The notes below the pieces were generated by a model. The model was not told where the DNA came from. It saw nothing but the letters and a program-made list of their open reading frames with translations, and did no database searches. Of a stretch of 32,000 nucleotides of DNA, positions 9,058 to 18,030 are shown piece by piece (the stretch's first letter is position 1; the number at the start of each line of letters is the position of its first letter). Origin of the DNA: Breznakia sp. PF5-3 (GTDB lineage: Bacteria > Bacillota_I > Bacilli_A > Erysipelotrichales > Erysipelotrichaceae); assembly GCF_029504745.1 (NCBI RefSeq), contig NZ_JAQFIQ010000002.1, positions 60,001 to 92,000 on the forward strand, read 5' to 3'. Position numbers and translations under genes: made by a program.

Positions 9058-10380
9058 ATGTTAGAAAAATTATTTAAACTTAGCGAGAAAAAAACCGATG
9101 TGAAGACGGAATTGATTGCTGGAGTTACGACCTTTTTGGCAATGGCGTATATCTTAGCAGTAAATCCAGGAATTCTAGCAGAAGCAGGAATGAATAAACA
9201 TTCTGTGTTTATGGCTACTGCTATTGCTTCAGGGTTTGCATCAATCTTAATGGGATTGTTGGCAAACTATCCGGTTGCGTTAGCACCAGGAATGGGTGTA
9301 AATGCATTCTTTACTTACACTGCTGTTTTAACAATGGGAGAAACTTGGCAAAGTGCATTGGCTGCAGTATTTGTATCAGGTGTAATCTTCTTGGTAATCT
9401 CAGTAACAGGAATTCGTAAGATGATCATCAATGCGATTCCCAAGCAAATGAAGTTAGCAATTGGAGCAGGAATTGGTTTCTTTATTGCTTTTGTTGGGTT
9501 GAAGAATGGTGGCGTTATTGTCGCAAGTGAAGCGACTGGAGTAGCATTAGGTAATCTTACAGAACCAACAGTATTATTAGCAGTCTTTGGAATCTTAATT
9601 ACGATTGCTTTAATTGCAAAGCAAGTTCCAGCAGCTGTTTTCTTTGGTTTATTGATTACGGCTATCGTTGGATTAGTTTGTGGATTTGCTGGAGTTGAAG
9701 GAATGCCACAGCTACCTGAATCAATGGCTACAAACTTTGAAATGAATACAGTGGGAGCGTTTATGGATGGTTTTGATCAATTGTTTTCAAATTGGTCTAA
9801 TATGTTTATTATCGTATTCTCTTTCTTATTTGTAGATTTCTTTGATACTGCAGGAACACTTGTAGCAATTGGAAATCGTATTGGAATAGTAAATGATGAT
9901 GGAGAATTAGAAAATGTAGAAAGAGCGTTGTTATCCGATGCGATTGGTACACTTGCAGGGGCAGCGTTAGGAACATCTACGGTTACTTCATTTGTAGAAT
10001 CAAGTAGTGGAGTAGCAGTTGGTGGAAAAACAGGACTTACTGCAGTTACTACAGGAGTGTTATTCTTCTTATCAATCTTCTTAGCACCAGTTGTTTTATC
10101 AGTTGTGACTTATGCGGTTACTACACCAGCACTTGTTGCAGTTGGAATTTTAATGGCACAACAGTTAAAGGGAATTGATTGGGATGATTTTGCATATGCA
10201 GCAGCAGCGTTTGTAACAATTGTAATGATGATTCTTACATACTCTATTTCAAATGGTATGGCATTAGGATTTATTACATATGCAGTTGCAATGGTTGCAA
10301 CAAATCGTGCAAAAGAAGTAAGTGCAGTTGTTTGGTTTTTAGTGGCACTCTTCATTGCCTATTTTGGATTCTTAGTATAA
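9058..10380 (+). CDS. NCS2/AzgA-family purine (adenine/guanine/hypoxanthine) permease
   Basis: 440 aa and highly hydrophobic, with about 12-13 TM helices. The N-terminus LFKLSEKKTDVKTELIAGVTTFLAMAYILAVNPGIL is characteristic of PbuG/AzgA-type permeases. RBS is aagggggac. Confidence 0.85.
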   Translation: MLEKLFKLSEKKTDVKTELIAGVTTFLAMAYILAVNPGILAEAGMNKHSVFMATAIASGFASILMGLLANYPVALAPGMGVNAFFTYTAVLTMGETWQSALAAVFVSGVIFLVISVTGIRKMIINAIPKQMKLAIGAGIGFFIAFVGLKNGGVIVASEATGVALGNLTEPTVLLAVFGILITIALIAKQVPAAVFFGLLITAIVGLVCGFAGVEGMPQLPESMATNFEMNTVGAFMDGFDQLFSNWSNMFIIVFSFLFVDFFDTAGTLVAIGNRIGIVNDDGELENVERALLSDAIGTLAGAALGTSTVTSFVESSSGVAVGGKTGLTAVTTGVLFFLSIFLAPVVLSVVTYAVTTPALVAVGILMAQQLKGIDWDDFAYAAAAFVTIVMMILTYSISNGMALGFITYAVAMVATNRAKEVSAVVWFLVALFIAYFGFLV

Positions 10381-10386
10381 TCTTAG

Positions 10387-10424
10387 AAAAGCTTTGTTTT
10401 ATTAGCAAAACAAAGCTTTTTTTA
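10387..10424 (+). terminator. Rho-independent terminator after the permease
   Basis: Stem aaaagctttgtttt/aaaacaaagctttt with a 6-nt loop, followed by a T-run. Confidence 0.8.
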
Positions 10425-10476
10425 TTTGCCGTTTCTTTTTGTGGTGAAAATTTGTATAATAAGAACAGGTGATTAT

Positions 10477-11307
10477 TTGAAAGAGTATATATTAAAAACA
10501 AATACAGATGGGACTAAAGTCACAGTTCGTGATGTCCAACTTGTTTTATTAGAAATGTTGAAAGATATCGATGAAATATGTCGTAAACATAATATTCCTT
10601 ATTATCTAACAGGCGGTTCTTGTTTGGGGGCTGTTCGTCATGATGGATTTATTCCATGGGATGATGATGCAGATATTGGAATGTTGTATGAAGATTATGT
10701 TCGTTTTATTGAAGTATTGAAGCAGGAGTTGGATCCACAGAAATACTATTTTCAGTGTTTTGATACACATAAGGAGTACAATGTTTGTATTCCAGCAATG
10801 AAAATACGCAAACGCGGTACGTATCTCAAAGAGGTAAACACCCTACTTCAAAATCGTTGTAAAGATGGAGATGGGTTATTCATTGATGTGTTTCTAGTAG
10901 ACTATATCGATGAGCGCAAATGGGTAGATTTCTTATGTCGTATGAAAGCGTATCTTTATATGGGTGTGATTACGTTATTTGAAAACATTCGCATCAATCC
11001 AGTTTTTTTGAAAAAACGCTTTGTTAGGTTTTCAAGAAGATATTCACGACGAAATAAAGATAGTAAGCTCATAGGTTATGATTTAAACTGGACGTTTAAT
11101 TCGCCACTTCATCCAGTTGTATATGTAAAGGATGAAATATATCCAGTACAGTATCATAAATTTGAAGATATAGAGTTACCGATTCCAAAAAATCCAAAAG
11201 CACTTTTGGATATTGAGATTTCAGTAAATCATATGAGTTATCCACCTGAAAAAATGCAACAACCAAAACATATTGTTGATATTAATCTGAATAGTGAGGA
11301 AAAATAG
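10477..11307 (+). CDS. licD: LicD family phosphocholine/phosphotransferase
   Basis: YYLTGGSCLGAVRHDGFIPWDDDADIGM is the LicD nucleotidyltransferase-fold core. I prefer the TTG at 10477 (RBS aacaggtga). An extended -10 (tgtataat, 10453-10460) lies inside the longer track ORF that begins at 10426. Confidence 0.8.
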   Translation: MKEYILKTNTDGTKVTVRDVQLVLLEMLKDIDEICRKHNIPYYLTGGSCLGAVRHDGFIPWDDDADIGMLYEDYVRFIEVLKQELDPQKYYFQCFDTHKEYNVCIPAMKIRKRGTYLKEVNTLLQNRCKDGDGLFIDVFLVDYIDERKWVDFLCRMKAYLYMGVITLFENIRINPVFLKKRFVRFSRRYSRRNKDSKLIGYDLNWTFNSPLHPVVYVKDEIYPVQYHKFEDIELPIPKNPKALLDIEISVNHMSYPPEKMQQPKHIVDINLNSEEK

Positions 11308-12606
11308 ATGGCTTATATTCCGAAGAAAAGAAAACTAAAGTTAAATTATAAAGTCGCAGTACCACTTTTGATACTGACTATTTTTATTGCGTATTTTGCA
11401 GTTAATTTATTATTAAAAGAAACCAGTGTAACAAAAGAAAATTATAGTGTTTGTGATTTTAGTAATGAAAAGACCAAAACGGTATTAGATAAGAAATTTA
11501 AAGATACGTATGCGTTTAATGATTATCTTTTCTATGGAGAAAGTTTATCTTTATTTAAAGATACATACACTGGTGAAGACAGTGATGATATGAGTGGAAA
11601 AACATTAAAATTAAAAGATGTTTGTAGTGATCAGACATATGCTTTTGTACTTGATCGAAAGGTTGACAGACGAATTCTATTGGGAAATATTAAACCTGGA
11701 TTTTATGAAATGTACTTGGTTGAAGATCTCAAGGAAAAACGTTTATACGCAAATGATACGATTTCTGAATCGATTTATACAGTAACACGAAATGGCAAGA
11801 ATACGAAAGTGGAATTTATTGCAAATCAAAAATTATTGGCAGATTATAAAGTGACCTTACAACAGCCATATGCTTTTTTGAATGTACAAGAAAAGAAGGT
11901 TGCAAAGAATGAATACGATATTGTAATTGATCCTGCAGGAAATGATAATAGCTTATCAAATGGAGCTTCAGGAAATGGTATTTCAGAGGCAGAAGAAGCA
12001 TATAAGGCAGCAAAAATGTTGAAAGAGAAACTTGAAGCTAAGGGATTAAAAGTTCTTATTTTACGGGATGAGAATGAAAAAATCGATACGTATGGAAAAA
12101 ATGGACGTTTAGCAAAAGCATATCAAGTAAGAGCAAAATATTATATACGTTTAGGTTTTGCTGAAGATGGTGATAGTAATTTGCATGGGTTTAATATTTT
12201 TTATTCAGAACATTCTACAAAAATGTTAGCTTCACAGATTGGCTATGACTTTGGAAAGAAGACGAAATTAGAAGGTAGTACTATTTATATGGGGGTTAAT
12301 GATGATGTAGGTGTTATTAGTGCTGGGCTTGTTGAGAGCGAATTAGATGGTAGAAGTGTATATGATGGTGATTTGTATGTTCGTGAAACAGGCGGTAAAG
12401 CAACACAAGCTGGTATGTATTCAGAACATGCGAAGGAAGGTACAGCATCATTTGCGAAAGATAATATTTATGGTATGAATGCAATTAATTTATATTTTGG
12501 ATTTATATCAAATAAAAGTGATATAACATATTGGAAGGAAGAAAAAGAATTGATTATTGATGTATTAGCAAATTCAATAACAACATATTTAAATATAGAA
12601 GAATAG
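11308..12606 (+). CDS. Membrane-anchored Amidase_3 (MurNAc-L-Ala amidase) homologue with degenerate active site
   Basis: An N-terminal TM helix (VAVPLLILTIFIAYFAVNLLL) is present. The C-terminal region aligns by eye to the CwlD-type pattern: IVIDPAGNDN versus VIDxGHGG, ILRDEN versus TRD, YYIRLGFAED versus FISIHxN, and NLYFGFISN versus LIExGFLSN. The ATG directly abuts the licD stop. Confidence 0.55.
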   Translation: MAYIPKKRKLKLNYKVAVPLLILTIFIAYFAVNLLLKETSVTKENYSVCDFSNEKTKTVLDKKFKDTYAFNDYLFYGESLSLFKDTYTGEDSDDMSGKTLKLKDVCSDQTYAFVLDRKVDRRILLGNIKPGFYEMYLVEDLKEKRLYANDTISESIYTVTRNGKNTKVEFIANQKLLADYKVTLQQPYAFLNVQEKKVAKNEYDIVIDPAGNDNSLSNGASGNGISEAEEAYKAAKMLKEKLEAKGLKVLILRDENEKIDTYGKNGRLAKAYQVRAKYYIRLGFAEDGDSNLHGFNIFYSEHSTKMLASQIGYDFGKKTKLEGSTIYMGVNDDVGVISAGLVESELDGRSVYDGDLYVRETGGKATQAGMYSEHAKEGTASFAKDNIYGMNAINLYFGFISNKSDITYWKEEKELIIDVLANSITTYLNIEE

Positions 12607-12619
12607 GAGTGTAGAGATT

Positions 12620-14461
12620 ATGCGTTATCAAATTAGTAAAGGCTACAAAGCTTTTGGTGCGCAAGAAATTTTTAGTAATATAACATTTGAGGTAAAAGAC
12701 AAAGAAAAAGTAGCAATCGTAGGAAGAAATGGTTGTGGGAAAACCACGTTATTAAAAATTATTGCGAATGAGGAATCATTAGATCGTGGCGATATACATA
12801 AAGATAAAAAAATGACAATTGGATATTTATCTCAAACTACTTTTTTTGATGAAAATCATACTGTGGAAGAAGAGTTTGAGTTAATATTTGAAGAATTACA
12901 TCATTTAGAAAAACAAATGGAAGAATTGACAGCAAAGATGCAATTTGATACTAGTCCTGAGGTATTAGAGCAATATGGGAAGTATCAAGAGCAACATGAA
13001 ATGCTAGGTGGTTATACTTATAAAAGTGAAATTCATAATATTTTCACAAAGTTTGGTTTCCAGATGGAAGATTTAAAGAAAAGTGTAAGTGATTTTTCTG
13101 GTGGACAAAAAACACGGATTGCGTTTGTGAAGCTGTTGTTGAGTAAACCAGATATTTTGTTGTTGGATGAGCCAACCAACCACCTTGATCTAGATACGAT
13201 TAAATGGTTGGAAGGATATGTGAAACGGTATCCAAAAGCGGTTGTTATGGTATCTCATGATAGGACATTTTTGGATGAAGTTGTGGATATTGTATATGAA
13301 TTAGAATTTCATAAAATGAATAAGTATCTCGGTAATTATAGTGCTTATGTAGAGGCAAAGAAAATTGAAATAGAACGCAATCAAATTGCCTATCGTAATC
13401 AACAAGAAGAAATTGATCGTCTTGAAACCTTGATTGAAAAATTTAGATATAAAAAGAATAAGGCAAAATTTGCTCAATCGAAGATTAAATATTTAGATCG
13501 AATGGAGAGAGTGGAATTAAAAGGAGAAGATACAAAGTCTTTTCATGCTTCTTTTAAGTCTGGAATTAAAGGTGGTAACCAAGTACTCAATATCAAAGAT
13601 TTAGAAATTGGTTATGATCGCGTATTGTGTAATGTGAATTTAGAGGTGCTAAGGGGACAACGAATTGCAATTATTGGCCCAAATGGAAAAGGAAAAAGTA
13701 CCTTAATGAAGACACTAATGAAACAGATACCAGCATTATCAGGTTCCTTCTTATTTGGTCATCAGATTGAAATAGGATATTTTGATCAAGAGTTGGCGCA
13801 ATTTCAAAATAATAAGAATGTACTAGAAACAATATGGGACAAATATCCAGAGCTTAATCGAACACAAGTACGAACTGCTTTGGGAAGTTTTCTATTTACA
13901 GGAGAAGATGTTTTTAAAGAAGTAGCTGTATTGAGTGGTGGTGAAAAGGTACGATTATCATTTGTAGATTTAATGCTACAAAAACCCAATGTATTATTGT
14001 TAGATGAGCCAACCAATCACTTAGATATTATTGGAAAAGAAGCCTTGGAAGAAAGTTTATTAAACTATGATGGGACCATGTTGTTTGTTTCACATGATCG
14101 ATACTTTATATCAAAGATGGCAAATGGAATTTTAAAAATTGATGAAGGAAAGGCCGAATATTTTCCTTTGACTTATAAAGAGTTGAATGAAAAAGAAGAA
14201 CCAAAAGAAAATATCCAAGTGAAAGAAAGCATAAAAAAAGAAAAACCAAGACATATCAATTATGGAAGAGAAGTTTCTAAACTGGAAGTTAAAATTCAAA
14301 AGGCAGAAGAAAAACTAGCGTCATTACGCGAGTTACGTTATGAACCAGAGTACTATCATGATCCACATAAAATGAATGAATTAGATGAAGAAATTGATGG
14401 TGTTCATAATGAAATCAATGCTATGATGAAACAGTGGGAAGAGTATAGTGAATATTTGTAA
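12620..14461 (+). CDS. ABC-F family ATPase (soluble, two ABC cassettes; translation-factor type)
   Basis: Walker A motifs GRNGCGKTT and GPNGKGKST, signatures FSGGQKTR and LSGGEKVR, and Walker B LLLDEPTNHLD twice. There are no TM segments. The C-terminal tail is charged and coiled-coil-like. Confidence 0.9.
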   Translation: MRYQISKGYKAFGAQEIFSNITFEVKDKEKVAIVGRNGCGKTTLLKIIANEESLDRGDIHKDKKMTIGYLSQTTFFDENHTVEEEFELIFEELHHLEKQMEELTAKMQFDTSPEVLEQYGKYQEQHEMLGGYTYKSEIHNIFTKFGFQMEDLKKSVSDFSGGQKTRIAFVKLLLSKPDILLLDEPTNHLDLDTIKWLEGYVKRYPKAVVMVSHDRTFLDEVVDIVYELEFHKMNKYLGNYSAYVEAKKIEIERNQIAYRNQQEEIDRLETLIEKFRYKKNKAKFAQSKIKYLDRMERVELKGEDTKSFHASFKSGIKGGNQVLNIKDLEIGYDRVLCNVNLEVLRGQRIAIIGPNGKGKSTLMKTLMKQIPALSGSFLFGHQIEIGYFDQELAQFQNNKNVLETIWDKYPELNRTQVRTALGSFLFTGEDVFKEVAVLSGGEKVRLSFVDLMLQKPNVLLLDEPTNHLDIIGKEALEESLLNYDGTMLFVSHDRYFISKMANGILKIDEGKAEYFPLTYKELNEKEEPKENIQVKESIKKEKPRHINYGREVSKLEVKIQKAEEKLASLRELRYEPEYYHDPHKMNELDEEIDGVHNEINAMMKQWEEYSEYL

Positions 14462-14473
14462 TATAATGGATAT

Positions 14474-14502
14474 AAAGCATCTGAAAAGATGCTTTTCTTT
14501 TT
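14474..14502 (+). terminator. Rho-independent terminator after the ABC-F gene
   Basis: Stem aaagcatc/gatgcttt with a 6-nt loop, followed by tcttttt. Confidence 0.7.
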
Positions 14503-14570
14503 GAATAAAGCTATTGTGATTATATAAATCTATACTCGATAGGAAAGGGATTGTTACTTTTGTATTGACA

Positions 14571-14586
14571 ACTGATTATAACCAGT
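14571..14586. promoter_or_regulatory. Candidate GntR/HutC operator overlapping a TTGACA -35 region
   Basis: ACTGATTATAACCAGT is a 16-bp palindrome with one mismatched pair. Its core GATTATAACC matches the perfect palindrome GGTTATAACC at 9 of 10 positions. TTGACA sits at 14565-14570, immediately upstream. Confidence 0.45.
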
Positions 14587-14613
14587 GATAAGGTACAGAT
14601 AGAGGTTGATAAC

Positions 14614-15333
14614 ATGAATAATTTTGATAAATTGCCTGTATATTATCAAGTGGCAAATAAAATTGAAGAAAATATAGAAAAAGGTATATGGAAAAAAGGA
14701 GAACCAATTCCTTCAGAAAGAGAATTAATAAAAATATATAGTGTAAGTAGAATTACAGTCCGTAATGCAATTGATGAGTTGGTTAAAAAGGGTAAATTAG
14801 AAAAGATACAAGGAAAAGGAACCTATGTTTTAGGGAAGAGTATTATCCAGAATCTTGGTAATCTATATAGTTTTACTAGAGAGATGGAAAAACAGGGAAA
14901 AATTTCAACGACCAAAGTATTGGATGTATCGATTATTAAAGCAAACACTAAAATTGCAAACCAATTAGGAGTAAAAGAAGAAGCCGAAGTAATCTACATT
15001 GAGCGCCTTCGGTGTGCTGATGAAGAGCCAATTATGATTGAAAGATCATATTTTAGTAAAGATAAATATGGCTTTATTCTTGATATTGATTTGAATAAGA
15101 AATCGCTTTATAAAACGTTAGAAGATGAATATGGTGTTTATATTAATAAAGCAATTGAAACTTTTTCAGGGTGTATGTTAACAGAAGATGAAAGTAAAAA
15201 ATTAGGATATGGACCAAATCAATATGGATTGTTAGTGAAACGCACTTCATTTTCAGATGAAAAAGTTGTTTGTTATTCTACTACGGTTGCATCAGGTGAT
15301 ACATTTGAATTTACAATTAAATTAGAAATTTAA
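14614..15333 (+). CDS. GntR family (HutC/UTRA subfamily) transcriptional regulator
   Basis: wHTH SERELIKIYSVSRITVRNAIDELVKKGKLEKIQGKGTYV followed by a UTRA-like C-terminal domain. RBS is agaggttga. Confidence 0.85.
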   Translation: MNNFDKLPVYYQVANKIEENIEKGIWKKGEPIPSERELIKIYSVSRITVRNAIDELVKKGKLEKIQGKGTYVLGKSIIQNLGNLYSFTREMEKQGKISTTKVLDVSIIKANTKIANQLGVKEEAEVIYIERLRCADEEPIMIERSYFSKDKYGFILDIDLNKKSLYKTLEDEYGVYINKAIETFSGCMLTEDESKKLGYGPNQYGLLVKRTSFSDEKVVCYSTTVASGDTFEFTIKLEI

Positions 15334-15355
15334 TTGTATAATTTTTACTTTTATA

Positions 15356-15373
15356 GGTTATAACGATATAACC
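15356..15373. promoter_or_regulatory. Candidate GntR/HutC operator in front of the EIIA gene
   Basis: GGTTATA-acga-TATAACC has perfect 7-bp inverted arms. The first 10 nt, GGTTATAACG, match GGTTATAACC at 9 of 10 positions and share the TATAACC core with the 14571-14586 site. Confidence 0.5.
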
Positions 15374-15394
15374 ATTTAAACGAAAGGAGAAATG

Positions 15395-15838
15395 ATGATA
15401 TATGAGATTTTGAGTGAAGCATGTATTCAAACCGATGTGAAAGTGAAGCGTTGGCGCGATGCTGTTTATATTTGTGGGGAAATGTTATTGGAGCACAAAA
15501 AGATTACTCCTGCTTATATTGATTCTATGATTGATACAGCGAAGCAGATGGGTGCATCGATGATGTTGTTACCAGAAATTGCTTTTTTTCATGGTGTATC
15601 TGGATCTAAAGTAAAACAGACGTGTTTAAGTCTTATTACCTTTGAAAAGCCAGTTATATTTGAAGAGTTTCATGGGATAGAGATTAAGGCGGCAGTAGCA
15701 TTTGGTGCGATTAATAGAACCTCCTATATGGAGTTGTTGGCAAATTTAGCAGCACTCTTACAAAATGAAACATTTGCGACACTATTACGAAAGCATGGTA
15801 CAAAAAGTGAATTGTTGGAAATTATTAAATTTTATTAA
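15395..15838 (+). CDS. PTS EIIA component, type 2 (mannitol/fructose/ascorbate class)
   Basis: About 147 aa. Pattern WRDAVYICGEMLLEHKKITPAYIDSMI ... LPEIAFFHGV (phospho-His context) ... AAVAFGAINRTSYMELLANLAALL. The second ATG (15395) has better spacing to GGAG (15386-15389) than the ATG at 15392. Confidence 0.7.
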   Translation: MIYEILSEACIQTDVKVKRWRDAVYICGEMLLEHKKITPAYIDSMIDTAKQMGASMMLLPEIAFFHGVSGSKVKQTCLSLITFEKPVIFEEFHGIEIKAAVAFGAINRTSYMELLANLAALLQNETFATLLRKHGTKSELLEIIKFY

Positions 15839-15860
15839 TACTGTATTTTTTAATAAGAAG

Positions 15861-15890
15861 AAAAAAGATTGTAGTAATTACAATCTTTTT
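15861..15890. terminator. Bidirectional terminator hairpin
   Basis: Stem agattgta/tacaatct with a 5-nt loop, flanked by an A-run on the 5' side and a T-run on the 3' side. Confidence 0.65.
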
Positions 15891-16021
15891 GTTTGTGCAC
15901 TTCTTTTATTATATTGTTTTGATTTATTTTGTTCTTGGTCTGGTTTCGGTTTTTGGTTTTCATTCAGGCTTTCGTTGATTTTACATATAACTGCAGCATA
16001 CATAAGTTCTTCTTGCTTCAT
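15878..16021 (-). CDS. Candidate 47-aa hydrophilic small protein (below the ORF-track length cutoff)
   Basis: Manual translation gives MKQEELMYAAVICKINESLNENQKPKPDQEQNKSKQYNKRSAQTKRL. The strong SD agaggtga lies 5 nt upstream of the ATG. The stop lies inside the bidirectional terminator. It sits 76 nt downstream of the membrane-protein gene on the same strand. Confidence 0.35.
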   Translation of the reverse strand: MKQEELMYAAVICKINESLNENQKPKPDQEQNKSKQYNKRSAQTKRL

Positions 16022-16097
16022 TGTTATCACCTCTTGGGTATACTATAGTCAATGTATATGAAATAAAAGAGGTTTCTATCTTAAGTTTATGTGAACA

Positions 16098-16667
16098 TTA
16101 GTAGATGCGAATCATGTAGTAAAGAAAAACACTTAAAAATAATGTCATAACCAATTCTAAAATACCAGAGATATCGCCAAGAATTAGTAATAGAGTTACA
16201 CATATTATCATAAATGCAATAATACATCGAAAGCATTTTTGATAATATGCAGGTTCATCAAATTGAAATAGATGAACATAATAAAAGATTAAACAGATAG
16301 TTAATAAACTTGATGACAATGACGTGTATACATGCAAATTAGAAAGTAATGGTTGATGTGCATTGTATGGAATAAAAAAGGAAAGAATACTAATAAATGA
16401 TAAAACAGCTGCAATTGGTAACAATCGTTTTCCATATACTTTGGTTTTCTTTGTTAGATAATAGAAAGAGAAAAAATAATCTAGGGATATTGTAATTCCC
16501 CATATTTGAAAAAGAAGTCGATATTGTGGTTGATTTCCAATATATGTAAGGTTTTCATAGAAGATTGATTCTTGTACACCTAAAAGAATTGAAAAGATGG
16601 GCAAGATGATAAAAGCGAAAAGAAATAAAAGAGCTTCAATTTTATTTTCTGGTTTTAAAGATTTCAT
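16098..16667 (-). CDS. Hypothetical polytopic membrane protein (about 6 TM helices)
   Basis: 189 aa with regularly spaced hydrophobic segments. I recognise no family motif and there is no obvious SD. Confidence 0.6.
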   Translation of the reverse strand: MKSLKPENKIEALLFLFAFIILPIFSILLGVQESIFYENLTYIGNQPQYRLLFQIWGITISLDYFFSFYYLTKKTKVYGKRLLPIAAVLSFISILSFFIPYNAHQPLLSNLHVYTSLSSSLLTICLIFYYVHLFQFDEPAYYQKCFRCIIAFMIICVTLLLILGDISGILELVMTLFLSVFLYYMIRIY

Positions 16668-16758
16668 ATAGTAAAGGATAACGAATTATTGAATAAGTGT
16701 CAAAATAATGTTTTCTTAATTAAAAGAAAGGCATTTGTGAAATAATTATCTTCTTTTA

Positions 16759-16788
16759 TTGAAAAAGGTTAATTCTATATGGTAAAAT
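16759..16788 (+). promoter_or_regulatory. Candidate promoter (TTGAAA-18-TAAAAT) for the phosphofructokinase gene
   Basis: TTGAAA at 16759-16764 and TAAAAT at 16783-16788, about 34 nt upstream of the ATG. Confidence 0.45.
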
Positions 16789-16821
16789 AGCACTGTATGT
16801 ACTATAGGAGGTATTATAAAC

Positions 16822-18024
16822 ATGGCAAATTGTTTAGTTGCACAATCTGGTGGACCTACTACCGTTATCAACGCTTCGTTAGCGGGTGTGGTAAAGGCAA
16901 ACCAATTAAATCCAATCTATGACACTGTATATGGTGGATTGAATGGAATTGAAGGAATTTTAGAAGGAAGATTATATGATCTTACAAATATGAGTGAATT
17001 AGAAAACCGTATTTTGAAACAAACGCCTTCTTCAGCGTTAGGATCATGCCGTTATAAATTGAAAAGAGATGACGATACAGATTACCGTAGATTAGTTGAT
17101 ATCATGGATCAATTTGATATTGAAATTTTATTCTATATTGGTGGAAATGATTCAATGGATACTGTTGATGCATTGAGCCAATGGGCTAAGCAAAACGGAA
17201 TCAATAAACGTTTTGTGGGAATCCCAAAAACGGTAGATAATGACTTGATGGTAACAGATCATTGTCCAGGATTTGCATCTGCTGCTAAGTTTGTAAATGC
17301 AGTAGTGACAAGTACTTGGTTAGATTATAATGTGTACACACGTGCAGAAGTATTTATTCTTGAAACAATGGGTAGAGATGCTGGATGGTTAGCAGCTTCT
17401 AGTGTAATCAGCAACAAAGTTGATTTATTAGTATTACCTGAAGAAGACTTTGATAAAGACAACTTCTTGAAACAAGTAAAGAATTGCATGGACACAAAAG
17501 GAAAATGTTACATTGTTGTTAGTGAAGGAGCACACTTTGCAGATGGAAGTTATTTAGCTGCAGCAGAAGCTAAAAATGATGGATTTGGACATGCTGTATT
17601 AGGTGGTGCTGGTAACGCACTTAAAAACATGATTTTGGATGCTGGAATTGCTCCACGTGCCAAAGTTCAAGACTTGAGTACAGCACAACGTTGTGCAAAC
17701 TACTTACAATCTTATGTGGATGTTGAAGAAGCATTCAAATTAGGTATGAGTGGACATATGCGCAGTGCTGATAAAGACTTTACAGGACAAGTAGTTGGTG
17801 TTGTACGTAAAGAAGGTGCTGAATATGATGTAGATTATATTGCAGGACCTGCAAACGAATTTGCAAACCATGTGAAAAATATTCCAGCTGAATGGATTTT
17901 ACCAGATTACCAAGGATTGGTTAAAGAAGCATATGACTACTTTATGCCACTTATCCAAGGAGAACCAGATTTAATTATGGAAAATGGTGTTCCTGCTTAC
18001 GTGAAACCATATCACATGAGATAA
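16822..18024 (+). CDS. pfp: Phosphofructokinase family; residues suggest diphosphate-dependent (PPi-PFK)
   Basis: AQSGGPTTVINASLAGV, IGGNDSMD and GIPKTVDNDL are present. Asp and Lys occupy the positions equivalent to E. coli PfkA Gly104 and Gly124. RBS is ataggagg. Confidence 0.85.
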   Translation: MANCLVAQSGGPTTVINASLAGVVKANQLNPIYDTVYGGLNGIEGILEGRLYDLTNMSELENRILKQTPSSALGSCRYKLKRDDDTDYRRLVDIMDQFDIEILFYIGGNDSMDTVDALSQWAKQNGINKRFVGIPKTVDNDLMVTDHCPGFASAAKFVNAVVTSTWLDYNVYTRAEVFILETMGRDAGWLAASSVISNKVDLLVLPEEDFDKDNFLKQVKNCMDTKGKCYIVVSEGAHFADGSYLAAAEAKNDGFGHAVLGGAGNALKNMILDAGIAPRAKVQDLSTAQRCANYLQSYVDVEEAFKLGMSGHMRSADKDFTGQVVGVVRKEGAEYDVDYIAGPANEFANHVKNIPAEWILPDYQGLVKEAYDYFMPLIQGEPDLIMENGVPAYVKPYHMR

Positions 18025-18030
18025 TAAATG

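Noticed and set aside
10426-10476. Longer start (ATG 10426) for licD as given in the track
   Set aside because: The extra 17 residues (MPFLFVVKICIIRTGDY) overlap the tail of the upstream terminator and contain an extended -10 box (tgtataat). The TTG at 10477 has an RBS and gives a typical LicD N-terminus.
15765-16061. Plus-strand 98-aa ORF from the track
   Set aside because: It starts inside the EIIA gene in another frame and runs through the bidirectional terminator at 15861-15890. Its product is Phe/Leu/Cys-rich junk.
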